Below, in pieces: positions 24,637 through 36,227 of a DNA stretch of 64,000 nt; the stretch's first letter is position 1, and every line of letters begins with the position of its first letter. A program made the position numbers and the translations under genes. The notes under the pieces are model-generated. The model made no database searches, was not told the DNA's origin, and saw only the letters and a program-made list of their open reading frames with translations. Origin of the DNA: Setoptus koraiensis (lineage: Eukaryota; Animalia; Arthropoda); the NCBI GenBank assembly GCA_048013815.1, contig CM106585.1, forward strand, positions 17,236,001 to 17,300,000, in the 5' to 3' direction.

Positions 24637-26279
24637 TCAATATAATCAGAAAGCAACTGTTTGACGGATAGTGATGATGGCGTTTACTAAACAATTGCTA
24701 TCCCTGGAATTTTATCTCCTTAAATTAGCTAGCTCCAACAGCTACAATTGTTCTGGATGTTGGATGAGATTCGTGGTAAATCACCAAATATTATAATAAT
24801 ATTAATGATATTTATGAGGATAGTATTTAACAATAAATGGTCAAGCTGGTACACCCTTGTTAACTCGCCGATCGCTGCGAATCGAAAAAGATGGACCAAG
24901 TCGGTCTGTTTATAGTTCACAGTTTGTGAGTGCAACGTTTAACTACTAGTTGTAGCCACTAGGACATCGCCGTGGCACACCGTGCAACAATGACATGAAT
25001 CTGGCTTGTGTGCTGAAATTGTAAAGGCTCATTGTTTAGTTCCACATACCTACAACAGGAGGCGCTAAGAATGAATCGATTGTAACGGCTACGTCGGTAC
25101 CGACCTGAGGTTGAGGGCAACGTTTGTGAATTTGTAAATATATATATTGTTCAGAGTTGTAAATGTGAACACTACTATGTAGAAAGGGTCAGTGAATACA
25201 TAAGTGTGAATATGTTCATGTGTGAATATGAACATGTGAATATTTAGCAGTGGCAAAGTAACTTTGCCAAAGTTACTGTCGTGCCGAGAAGCGGGGTGTA
25301 AATACCCAGGGCAGCGACGATAATGCGTTGGGGTGAATAAGCGGGTCCGTGCGGTAGAAGGAGTGGTCGTAGCGGTATTACGGCTATCAGTATGAATGTA
25401 TACCAAGCCGATTGTGAATTCAAAGCAAAGACAAATTGGTCGTTATAATGCGAATAAAGAAGTTTCAGCCTTGCAATAAAATATGTTAATGAATGTTGAT
25501 GATACTCGTGAAATACTGCTGAGAACAAGTGGCATCAATTAATCAAGAGTGTGGAAGTGGCCTCCGAGGCGGAAGTTGACTTGGCCGGTAAGATTCTGCA
25601 ATGTGTCATGGTAAACTGTCGAACTGCAACTTATCATGTTGTGATTAGTTAGCGGGCGAAATCGTTACTCTATCTCATCAAAAATCTATAGTTCCACTGT
25701 GATTTGAGTAGCACCCATACATGAAGGATGATGGTTTTCCGGTGTAGTTCGTAAGGATTGCGAACTATCTACCAATTAGTCTCGTCATGAGATTGGTGCG
25801 ATTATGACTATTGGCGATGCGATAGACATGCTGATGTCGCACATTTCATCGCAATTGGCTATCAATCAGTTAGCTGGCGATGCTGACCGTTTTCCATCTG
25901 ATTCATGTTTTGCCATACACTTCCCTCTTCAAACTTGCGTTTTTTTCTCACTGAAACTTGGCACCCCCAGGCCCGTTGGAATAGTCCAGGCTGAAAGTTC
26001 CTCGAGCTTGGGACGCTTAGCTGGTTGAGGGGTCAGTGCATGAGAGCGAAGAACCTAAAGTCGCTTATGAATAGATTTTCGTTTTTGATCCGCGTTGTCA
26101 CCAAACCAGGTACAGCGGCTGAAGAATTCGTCATATTACGTATGTTCAATGATCTCTCACCCGTCGCAATCCTAACTTAGGATTCCTAAGTCATCCATTC
26201 TGTAACAGTCATGATGCAACCTTTTGTTATTGATAGCAGCATAGCGCCTTTGTGCTCAATAATGAGATGGGGTCGATCC

Positions 26280-26404
26280 TAGTGATCGGGGCTTGCTCCC
26301 TGCTCCCGGCCGGGAGCAGGGAGCAAGCCCCGGGTGCTGTAGCTCCCCGTGGGGAGGAGGGAGCAAATCGGGGAGGAACGGTTTTCTAGCTCCCCCGATC
26401 ACTA
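26280..26404. mobile_element. 125-bp MITE-like element with 12-bp perfect TIRs, flanking direct repeat and internal 46-bp perfect palindrome
   Basis: TIRs TAGTGATCGGGG (26280-26291) and CCCCGATCACTA (26393-26404). GGTCGATCC is repeated on both flanks (26271-26279, 26405-26413). Palindrome at 26287-26332. Confidence 0.8.
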
Positions 26405-26923
26405 GGTCGATCCATAATGCTGCACTGAGGGTAGGGGGCGTGACGACGGTATTCAATGTGCGGTCTGTGATGCCGTTTGGGCATCCCATTCCACGGTTCG
26501 AACCGCCGATGGAAAATACAAGCCTGCACAGTGTTTACCACTATTATTGTTATTATTTTGTGCCAACTTCGTACATCTGTGCACCTAAAGTCTGCACAGA
26601 TTTCACCTGGCATCGTCTGGCATTTCATCGTATACGGAATAGCTAAGAAAGTATCTTCATCTGGATACAGCGGAATACTGTAGTATATTGTTCACATCCA
26701 TAGAAAGAAACCAACAGTAGCAACAACAACAACAACAACTAGTAGTAGTAAACATTCATAATAAGCCTTGTTGTCCTTGCGCTATTTACTTACAATTTAG
26801 CTTCATCAAAACAACAACTATTTGTTGAGTATGCTAAATTATTATCAACAAAAATTAATTTCTCGTGCATTCAAAATTATTAGATTTCGATTATTTATTT
26901 GCAATTCCACCAAGCCTTAAATA

Positions 26924-29263
26924 ATGGATGAGGATGGCTGTAAAAAAGAAAATATCAATGGCCTTAATGGAGTCAACAACAGTAATAATAACTATAATTT
27001 GCGTAGCAAAATAGCCATCAATTCAAATGGCGGCGAAAACCCAGATACAGACTCATGTAAGGCTCCCGTTGAAGCGGTTATATTGTGCGATACATACCAA
27101 AGTAAACAATCAAGTCAAAACTCTCACCTCACAATTGAAGGTCCGGTGGCTAATAGAGACCAACTAGTTCAAAGTGACGAAACTTCGCATGGGTCGTACA
27201 CCTTTTCTGGGCTTGACAGCTCGGGAACGTCACTAAACTTGGATAATGTTTCTTTTCATTGTGACAACAAAAATGATAATTCTGTCAGCCCTTTGGACAC
27301 TCGCTCAGCAGATGACACTCAAAAAAACTTTCCAGATGGGCCTCAGTCAAATAAACCAACCGATTACAGTTGTACATCGACAATCTCTAATCAACCTGGT
27401 CAACCCTGTGAATTATTTGGCGAAAATATCTCCGAATCTGGCAATAGTAACACTGCCTCTTGCGAAAACTATCAATTAATGCAAGACAATACCGTGTATT
27501 CCTATGATCAGCCACCGGATGAAATCTCACACGAGGTCGATATCAGCTCTTCAGGTCAGGATGCGAGTAACAATGATTCAGATTCTGCCCAAACCACTAA
27601 ACCTGAACGAGTTGTTGAACTGTTGCGTACAAGCAGTCGCTCTAGTGATCACGACGATAATTCTGTCTTGGAGGAGCATGATTGGGTTTTGGAAGACAAG
27701 TTCTATGATTTGGACATCCTGGAGGATGCCGTTAATGGAAATGTAAATGGTGAAGATGATGACGATGATGATCATGATGGCGATAATGAGCACGATGCTG
27801 ATGATGATGAAGATGATGATGATGATATTTATGTTGATTATTATTACATTGATAATAGAGACGAATATGTAGAAATAGATGGCTATGAGGATAATCAAGA
27901 CAGTGAAGAAAACTCTGATGATCCTATGGATACCAATGATTCAGATGAGGACATGGATGAGGACACAGATACAGACGGTGATAACACTGGTCAACAAAGG
28001 AGTATTACGTACGATACATCTTTACCTGCAAGACATAACTATTTGGGTGAGAATCTTGAGGAGCTCGAAGGAAGGCATATTCTAGATGAGCAGTGTTTGA
28101 CAAGGTTGCCCATCTTGGAAATAGATAGAATTATTCTCTTACCAGGGCAGTTGTTGCCGATTAATGCACGTACATTGAGTCCTCACGTTGTAGATAATTT
28201 AAGACAGTGTTTCGAGGATGGCACAAGAACTTTCGGGTTCACTTGCACCACTCACATCAAACCCGGTGACTATGGAACAACTGCCGAAATTCGTAACTAC
28301 ACAGTAGATGACGAGGGGAACATGAAATGCATCGTGGAAGGGAGTCAACGATTCAAAATAATATCGGCAGATCGTGCTGGACCGCTCAGCACCCTTTATG
28401 GATCAGTATTGATTCTACCAGAATTAGTACTAGGCAGTCCATATGGATCTGACTGTTCTTTATCCAGGTTTTCTATAAGCGAACATAAAGATAAAATCAA
28501 CCAACTTAGAAGTTTAAAGTACCCCATATGGGTTTACAAATACTATGACACAGATGAATTGGTGAAACGAATTCGTGATCACCTTAAACACTGGCTCATA
28601 GTTCATAAGGACAACCCCGTCAAAGAAAGAAACAATGAAAGTAGCCGAGGAGAAACCTCTCAAAGAGCCTCATCTGAGTGTCAAAGAGGACAAAGTTGCA
28701 TAAATCTAATATCGAGTGATCCACGTAGTTTCAGCTACTGGGTAGCGGGTAACTTGCCTATCGATCTTGAAGATAGAGCGAAAGCTCTAACTTTTGATTG
28801 TGCCGAATCGAGGCTGATTTGGGTACTGTCAATTCTAGAAAAAAGAAGTGATTTGTGTTGTGCAAACTGCGAGACAAAGTTCTGTTCAAAAGATGATGCT
28901 TTTTCTATGTCAAGATCTGGCCCTCAGAGCTCATATGTCAACGAGCACGGCTACATACATGACACTCTAACGGTCTACAGAGGGCGAAACTTGAGATTCC
29001 GTGGGGACTGGGAAAAGCAGTACAGGTAGGTGATTCTCTTGAAACCAGATTCAAATGAATGATTGTAATTCATGAACACAAGAGTTAACATTCATTACAC
29101 TATCTTTCGATATCCATACAGTTGGTTTCCAGGTTACCTTTGGAGAATTTGCATCTGCATTAGTTGCTATCACCACATTGGATGGTGTTTCAAAACATAC
29201 GAAAAATCATTGAAGCCGGAGAAGTTTTATGGACTGTCACGACAGAATATTCGTCTAAAATAA
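26924..29263 (+). CDS. CRBN: Cereblon (Lon N-terminal + CULT domain), 2 exons, 747 aa
   Basis: Exons 26924-29025 and 29122-29263, with a 96-nt intron (GTAGGT...ATACAG). Splicing restores YSWFPGYLW...HIGWCF. Also YDTSLPARHNYLG, FSYWVAGNLP and the two zinc CxxC motifs (CANC, CISC). Confidence 0.95.
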
Positions 29264-29416
29264 TGTTACGTTTCTAGTTTTTTAACTTGTCTTTCACAAT
29301 AAACACATAAAACTAATTTTATATCAAACATAAGTATTTTAATGATTATCACTGTAATCTACAACTTCGCTCTAAACCAGAGCTTGTTCACAAACACCGA
29401 CGTAGATTAATAAAAT

Positions 29417-32400
29417 CTAAACACTGCTTATAGACATCAGTGATCGGTCGGTAGTCATAATGTGTGGATCTCTATGATAGTTTTCTTTGAACCAACGTAA
29501 GAGTTGACCAATAGAGGTGAAGATATTTTTCCTAAATCTGTACCCTAGTGGGGTTATAGAGATGTATTCATGGCGAACTTTGTTTTTAGGTAAGTAAGCC
29601 AAAAGAAATTTGCCAGGAAACTCTTTGGATGGACAAATAAAATAATGAATCTTGCCTGGAAGTTTGGATTTTTCTGTGAACAGTAGATCCGATAAACTGT
29701 CTCTTTCTCTATCTCGTGGTTTTTGACAATACTTGTAATTCAACAAGTCGCGGACGAATGAAGCCATAGGTTGGATGTGGCGGGCAATTATCTCATCAAG
29801 ATCTTCATAGGATTCCTCGTTAATGAAAAGTTGATGACCTAAGCTAAAAGCATTATCTTTACCTTCTTCACGTATGTTGATATGCTGATTTATTCCATCT
29901 GCAACTTTCCACGATACTGTTAAGTAGTTCTGACCCATCGAGGACGGTCTGATGATCGCTGCTCCAAGCTCCATTTCAGCCAAACGTTTTTCTGCGGCTT
30001 TGTAGTCAATATTATGAAAAGAAGGATGAACTATAATTCGTTTACAATAAGGACGTTTCACTTGTTTCTTATTCCTATTTTCTTCCATTTTCTCTTGCTC
30101 CTCTTCGGCTTTGTGATCATAAAAATCATCTTTAGCAGGCTTAAGTTTACCTTCTCTATCTAAAAGGTCGGAGGTCCGACACGTCAAGTCACAACTAAAT
30201 CGTTCTATGTTTATCTTTGTTATTCTGGCATGGACGGTCATTCCTGGGGCAACTCGCTCTGACGGATCGACGACCTCTTTATCGCTTATGAGTTTTACGG
30301 GTACGAAACCTTGAAGACCATTATCCAATCGACAGCGCAACCCTTTCGCCTCGCCAGGACACAAGTTTTGGTCATAATGATGCCAAACTTCACTCAGTTC
30401 TTGAAAATCACACCGGAAGCAGAATGGACATTTCCAAGTACCTGTACCATCGATTCTCGATGGATTCGCTCCATCGAACTCGGATGCTGAGGGTTTCTTC
30501 TTGATTATTGATGTGACTTCTGCAGTTATGAGTTTGCCTATAAAAAAGGTGGCGGGAGTTTCTTTCGTCAAGAGAGCAAACAACTCCTCTTGTCCGGGTG
30601 CCTTATAAGGATCTCTGAGATCTTTGTATCTATTAGTGAGTTCTTCTCGAATAGAATAAAGTGTGTAAGTCTTTTTACCCTCATTTCTAACAACATCAAG
30701 CTCATGAGCGAATGCGTCGAGATCTAGATCACCCAATTTGTCGGGGCACTCCAGAATTTCCTCAATAGCATGAGCAGTGGTTTCTTCAGATGCCCCTTCT
30801 TCATAATCCAAAGCATCACTAGCTATTTTCTTGGCTAGACCGTACGACTGAGGGTGAATACGAGTTGAATCCAAAGTAGTAACGTGCTCATCGGGATAGC
30901 TTTCTGCAAGAACATCTGTGTCCAACTTGATGAAGCCGGAACAATTGATATAAATAACCGCAGTCATGCCCAATTCCTTAATCAATTGCTGCCTGGATGT
31001 CAATTGACCACTCTTGAGTTTTCTTATACTTCTTAGCAAATGAGATGCTTTCCTCGGTCCTAAACCACAAATGAACTGAACAACACTAGATGTGTGAGGA
31101 TGAGCAATAGCTCGATTGATATCAACACCTACTTCATTAACTCGGTTGATGAATTCGTTGTGAATTGTAGTCAGTAAGTCCTCTTTAGCGACGGAATCTT
31201 GCAAAGGATGGCATCTGATGCACAATATCTCATTGTCTTCGTTACAAAGCTTCGCAAATTCTATGAGGGGATCAGCTAGACGTCTGGCTATTGAAACTGC
31301 TTGTAGCAGCGGCGGTGGATAATCAGGGAATTCTTCTTGGGCTTTCTTAGAATTCATGTAAACGTTGGCTAACTCGTTATCTACAATTTCTATAGGTATA
31401 TTGGGAATACCTTCGCTCTCAGACAACTCCATCATTAGCTGACCTAAGTCCTCCCATATATATTTTGTCTGCACCGATTCCGCTGCTAGAGCAATAACGT
31501 GTGGCTTTCTATGCATGATGAATTGCTTAAATTTTATTCTATCTCTCGTCTGATTTTCTTTTTCCACTGCATTCATTCTGTCCCTACGTTTCCTGACCAG
31601 TAAATTCGGAAGCCTGACATGCTCCAATACCTCGCCTTCGTTGTCGATTATCACCGCAAAAGATGGTGAGCCAGGATCCGCAGGAGATGAAAATCCCATA
31701 ACTTTGAGACCATTCCTAAGTTCAAAGTCCTCGTCATCTTCGAATTGACTAAGTGGGACATAGGGAGCTATTTTCAGCCAATCGAAAAATTTCTGACCAC
31801 AAGTTTTGAGGATTTTACTGTCGGTCTCTTGCATAAGTTTTACTCTGAGCTCTTTATCAAAAGTTGGCAGAAGAAACTTTTCTATCGCCATCTTGACCGC
31901 ATCCTCCCTTTGATCGTTCCATTCCTTGGTGACAAGACTGGAGAAATCTGAAAAGTATAATCCTTTCAATGATTCTTGGTAAGGCGATATGCTTGCAACT
32001 CGACTCTCGTTGTCCACAGCTTCGATGGAGATCGTCATTTCAATAAGTTTATCTTTCTCAGCATTACTCAAGTACTTAAACTGGTCTCTCATCAGAGAAT
32101 GGACAGGCTTATTCCTCAAATATTTCATCGAATAGCAAGGATGATTCTCATCAATCTCTTTGAGTCCAGCCAAGGTTGGTTTGGAGTTTATCACAGCTTT
32201 TTCGAAGTAGAAAGAACGAATGGTCTGGCGTACTAACGGATCACAGCTTATTTCTTTGGCGTACATGAATCTAGCGGCCTTCAGAAAGTCTTCCTTAGAT
32301 ATCTTGAGATTACCTAGCTCTTCCAGTTGCTTTTCTGCCTCTTCCAATGGTTTTACTTGGTGCTGCTTAACATTGTTGCGCTGGTAATCATCCCTGAGAT

Positions 32401-34108
32401 TCTCACCGAATGCTTCTGGCTTAAGACCAAATTTTTCGACTAAGTTACCGACATACATGTCACGGTATATTTGGTAATAGTTTTTCCTTTGAGATATTTT
32501 GAACCTGGACATCCTTTCATATAGCTGCATCTCTTCGTTCTCAGGTTCCTCTTCCTCGGGATCAGACTCTTTTTCTGCCTCCAGTTCTTCTTGGTCTGGA
32601 TTTTCTGGATCTCTCACTCTTGCCGCTTTGGCGGCAGCCTTTTCTTCATCTCTTCGCTGTTTGGCTAGCTTTAGCTTGTCATTCTTATAAGCTCGCATAT
32701 CAGATAAGTGACTGGAGTAATAGAGGTTGAAATGGGCCCGACAATCATCTATTTCTATCTGGCTAGCGGCTTTGGTAACCCGTTCCTTATCTAAGGGTTG
32801 GATTGGTCTTATTCTAGGATCAGGAGTAGCTGATTGTTTTTGCTTATGTTCTATATATTCGTGCATATCATCGTATAATCTACAAAGAGAATCTTTGCTT
32901 TTCTGCAAACGGCACCATTTTTCATCGTATTCGAAGACGAACCACATGTTACTGATGGAAAGATTCTCGACATATTCACGTCTATAGAAGGCTATAACAG
33001 GGGTTTCGAGCTTCTCATTCCTCATGTATCTCAGTGCGTCAACGATCTGACGTATGACTGTGTCCTCTTTTCGTCCCGCGATGGGTTCGTGGTCATTTTC
33101 TACACACGATATTGTTCTTTTGTTGAATACTTGTTCATAGATCCAGGCAGCCTCTTTTTCCAATTCAGTATCGTGTGTTTCAGTTACTGGTGTAGATCGA
33201 AGCTGAAATCTTTCTGGCTCGTCTTTCAATCTTATCTGATTGTCAAAAGTTGTGAGATGAGAGCGCTCCAATTCTGCGGGTTCGTATACTTCATAAATAG
33301 TTTTAAGAGTTGCCCTTCCGTGACCTCGTGATTTTCTGGGCCTTCTGCGACCCTCTTCATCGTCAGCTTCCTCGTCATCGTCGGCGTAATCTTCCTCCTC
33401 ATCGCCCTCATATTCCTCCTCCTCATTAAGATCGCCAAAGTCGAAGTCAACACCAAAAATGTCTTGGGCTTGCTGCATAGCTGCGTCATTGTAACGATTG
33501 CCTCCCTTCTTCTTCTTTGGTCTGGATATAGGTTGATCGTTGTCATCAACAATAAAATCGTCTTCATCTGACTCACTTTCTTCATCACCGGAACCGTCTA
33601 GTCCATCTAGATCATCTCCAGCCCGAGAACGGCGGTCCCTAGGATCTGCATCACCAGTCGGTGTTGCCCCGTCATCGTCTCCACCAAATAGCTCACGAGC
33701 GATAACCTCCCCATCATCGACATTTTCATCCTCATCTTCGTCATCACTGATCCTTCTGATACGTTTGAATTTTTTCTTCTTTTGAATTTTGACACCAGCA
33801 TTCTCTTCTATGAGTTCAAGATCCTCGGAATCTAAATCAGAATTATCTTCTTCTTCTTCATCGTGTGAACGCTTCCGACCAGAGACTTCGTCATCCGACT
33901 CTTCGGCATCTTCTTCCTCTTCGTCATTTATAAGATCTCTCATTTCCTCAGCGATTTCATCCTCATTGTCCTCCTCTTCTTCGGAACTGTCTATTTCAGT
34001 CCTACTTTTGGCCGATTTCTTCTTCTTAGCTTTGAGGAGTTCTTCGCGTACTTCTTCGTCTTCACTCCCTTCGCTCTCTTGAGCCTCTTGATCGAAGAAC
34101 ACGGACAT
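29417..34108 (-). CDS. SUPT6H: Transcription elongation factor / histone chaperone Spt6, intronless, 1563 aa
   Basis: Acidic N-terminus, DAAMQQAQDIFGVDFD, DEPERFQLR, YqgF/HhH core (FICGLGPRKA, LDSTRIHP), S1 domain and tandem SH2 (IIRPSSMG...SWKV). Confidence 0.98.
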   Translation of the reverse strand: MSVFFDQEAQESEGSEDEEVREELLKAKKKKSAKSRTEIDSSEEEEDNEDEIAEEMRDLINDEEEEDAEESDDEVSGRKRSHDEEEEDNSDLDSEDLELIEENAGVKIQKKKKFKRIRRISDDEDEDENVDDGEVIARELFGGDDDGATPTGDADPRDRRSRAGDDLDGLDGSGDEESESDEDDFIVDDNDQPISRPKKKKGGNRYNDAAMQQAQDIFGVDFDFGDLNEEEEYEGDEEEDYADDDEEADDEEGRRRPRKSRGHGRATLKTIYEVYEPAELERSHLTTFDNQIRLKDEPERFQLRSTPVTETHDTELEKEAAWIYEQVFNKRTISCVENDHEPIAGRKEDTVIRQIVDALRYMRNEKLETPVIAFYRREYVENLSISNMWFVFEYDEKWCRLQKSKDSLCRLYDDMHEYIEHKQKQSATPDPRIRPIQPLDKERVTKAASQIEIDDCRAHFNLYYSSHLSDMRAYKNDKLKLAKQRRDEEKAAAKAARVRDPENPDQEELEAEKESDPEEEEPENEEMQLYERMSRFKISQRKNYYQIYRDMYVGNLVEKFGLKPEAFGENLRDDYQRNNVKQHQVKPLEEAEKQLEELGNLKISKEDFLKAARFMYAKEISCDPLVRQTIRSFYFEKAVINSKPTLAGLKEIDENHPCYSMKYLRNKPVHSLMRDQFKYLSNAEKDKLIEMTISIEAVDNESRVASISPYQESLKGLYFSDFSSLVTKEWNDQREDAVKMAIEKFLLPTFDKELRVKLMQETDSKILKTCGQKFFDWLKIAPYVPLSQFEDDEDFELRNGLKVMGFSSPADPGSPSFAVIIDNEGEVLEHVRLPNLLVRKRRDRMNAVEKENQTRDRIKFKQFIMHRKPHVIALAAESVQTKYIWEDLGQLMMELSESEGIPNIPIEIVDNELANVYMNSKKAQEEFPDYPPPLLQAVSIARRLADPLIEFAKLCNEDNEILCIRCHPLQDSVAKEDLLTTIHNEFINRVNEVGVDINRAIAHPHTSSVVQFICGLGPRKASHLLRSIRKLKSGQLTSRQQLIKELGMTAVIYINCSGFIKLDTDVLAESYPDEHVTTLDSTRIHPQSYGLAKKIASDALDYEEGASEETTAHAIEEILECPDKLGDLDLDAFAHELDVVRNEGKKTYTLYSIREELTNRYKDLRDPYKAPGQEELFALLTKETPATFFIGKLITAEVTSIIKKKPSASEFDGANPSRIDGTGTWKCPFCFRCDFQELSEVWHHYDQNLCPGEAKGLRCRLDNGLQGFVPVKLISDKEVVDPSERVAPGMTVHARITKINIERFSCDLTCRTSDLLDREGKLKPAKDDFYDHKAEEEQEKMEENRNKKQVKRPYCKRIIVHPSFHNIDYKAAEKRLAEMELGAAIIRPSSMGQNYLTVSWKVADGINQHINIREEGKDNAFSLGHQLFINEESYEDLDEIIARHIQPMASFVRDLLNYKYCQKPRDRERDSLSDLLFTEKSKLPGKIHYFICPSKEFPGKFLLAYLPKNKVRHEYISITPLGYRFRKNIFTSIGQLLRWFKENYHRDPHIMTTDRSLMSISSV

Positions 34109-35134
34109 GGTTAATTACTGTTTTTCTTTTGCAGTATCAGTGAAGTAAGAGTTGTCTAGAGCACTTGTAGAACTATAAATAAAAGAAGTGGCCCATATAT
34201 TTAAAAACTAGATCATAATAGGAATTGTGTAATAAATATCAGTGATTTGTGATGAAACGAATTCTTTTGAACCACTATGATAACAACTTGAAACGTGCTG
34301 AGGGGTACGGGTGAATAAAAGCTGGTGATACCTTGTGGTATAGGTATTGACTGCTAGAGGACGCTGGATGCTTTCATGATGCCAATGAAACAGGATGATT
34401 TTTGGTGAATACATACAAAATATAGTTTAGATCTGACAGAGTAGAGTATTCAACAAATGTTCTGGCTGCCAGCCGTCCATATAGAGAGTTTCTCAAAATG
34501 GGTCCAATTTGCCGATTCATAAATTAGACTTAGAACGTATCAAAATTGAGGGGAATATGACTACAGATTGCGCGCTGGGTTTTTATGCAACATGGATGAC
34601 CTCTTGCGGAAAATTTCCAATCTAACATTGAATTGTCGGCTTCTAAAAATCCAATCAAGAAATGCACTCTCATCGGTAGCCCTTCGTTATCGCTACAAAA
34701 ATGGCGCGGTTTTCAAACAAAAAAATTATCTCGGTGTTAGGGGGGAGGGGGGGGTGAAGAGCAGGAGGCGTAGTTCTCAGCTTCTCCCATTTCCTGAACC
34801 CGGGGAGCCTCTCTTCAAGTTGTGAGACTAAAGATACGATTTTCGAGGCGACTATACGATGAAAACCGATCGAGAAGGAAGTAGTCAAGAAATCATTCCC
34901 GTCAAGCCAAAGTTGGTAAAGTGACGAAAACTGTAGAAAGTAAGTCCAGAGGCGTTAGTTTTGTGCGCGCGTCAATCATATCACCATGTAAGAGTACGTC
35001 GTAATATTTCGGTTCTGTTGCTGTATAGGTAAGTATAAGTCTACAATCGATATTATTGCAAACAATAACGTAACATTTCGATTTGAACAATCATTTGACA
35101 TAATCATGATACATCCGAGTTAACTGTGCGCAAG

Positions 35135-36227
35135 TTAGTTTATTGCTCCGTTGAACAAAGCCAGTCCAGCGAAAACCAAAAACAAGAATCCTCCCATTAT
35201 GGTCACTGAAGTAGTTACATTCAAAACGTTTGATTAGCCTTGGATTCTATCATTATACATGAATCTGATAAAAACACAGAGTGATTAGTTAATGCTGTAA
35301 TTGATTAACTTACTTGTCTTGACGGATATCATTTCGGCCACAAATCTTCCTCCTATAACTGCCAGGCCAGTGCACACTAGATGACCAGCTAATGTACCTA
35401 TAAATACTCCTACAACGTCTTCCCGTGCCGCCAAGATAATTGTACTAATCTGAGATCTATCACCCCATTCTGCTAGAAATATCATGGTAAACACCTTGAA
35501 AAACACAGAGCCTATAACCACTAGAAATAGCTTATGCAATCTCTTGAATATCTGTATTGGATTCCTGTAAGTTCTACCATTGTTCTCCGGCTCTTTGCTC
35601 GACGTGTCTTCGTCAGATTCCTGTGAAAGGATGGAATGAAATTTCAGTGAAGTAGTAAAGTTTTCATTACGCCTGTTCGGAAATATCAAGTGACTATAGT
35701 CACACAGTTCAATAAATCATTACCTTTTTTGTGTCTTCCTCTGTGTCTGTTTCTAGACTTTTTTTCACTTCTTCAAATTCATCGGTCTCGCCATTGTCGT
35801 TGACCATGTCGTAAGCTTCTTTTAACATCTTCAAGCCAAATATAATGAACAGAACAATTGATATATAGTGAGTATAGATTTTTGGTATTACTGTGACCGC
35901 TACACCCAGAACTACCGACAACAGAGTCATTAAAAATAAAGCTGATGCCGAGGCCAAAAATATCACTATCTGTGAATTTCTCATAGCCATGATGGCTGTT
36001 ATGAAGAAGGTTTTATCTCCTAACTCCGATACCATCACAACAGAAAATGAGGCCACTAGGGCATGAATCAATGCTGAACTCTCACTGGGCATCCAATAGT
36101 CGGTGATATGACTCTTCGAGGCCAAACTTTCGGCATCCGTCAGATCCGTATATTCGTCGATAGTCAAATTATCACCGTAAGCCATATTTGTAGTATCATC
36201 ATTGTGATATAATTTTTGAGTATCCAT
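35135..36227 (-). CDS. TMEM165: GDT1/UPF0016 Ca2+/Mn2+ transporter TMEM165, 3 coding exons, 293 aa
   Basis: Exons 36227-35724, 35620-35314 and 35205-35135; introns of 103 and 108 nt with matching phases. Both family motifs are present (ELGDKT, EWGDRS). The last exon gives MTIMGGFLFLVFAGLALFNGAIN*. Confidence 0.92.

Noticed and set aside
26494-26505. GGTTCGAACC, a B-box/T-loop-like motif
   Set aside because: No A-box at a proper distance and no cloverleaf; a tRNA or SINE is not supported.
31745-34082. Plus-strand ORFs antisense to Spt6 (Ser-rich, 64-118 aa) and similar antisense or alternate-frame ORFs inside other genes
   Set aside because: These are shadow ORFs expected from acidic, GAA/GAT-rich coding strands.
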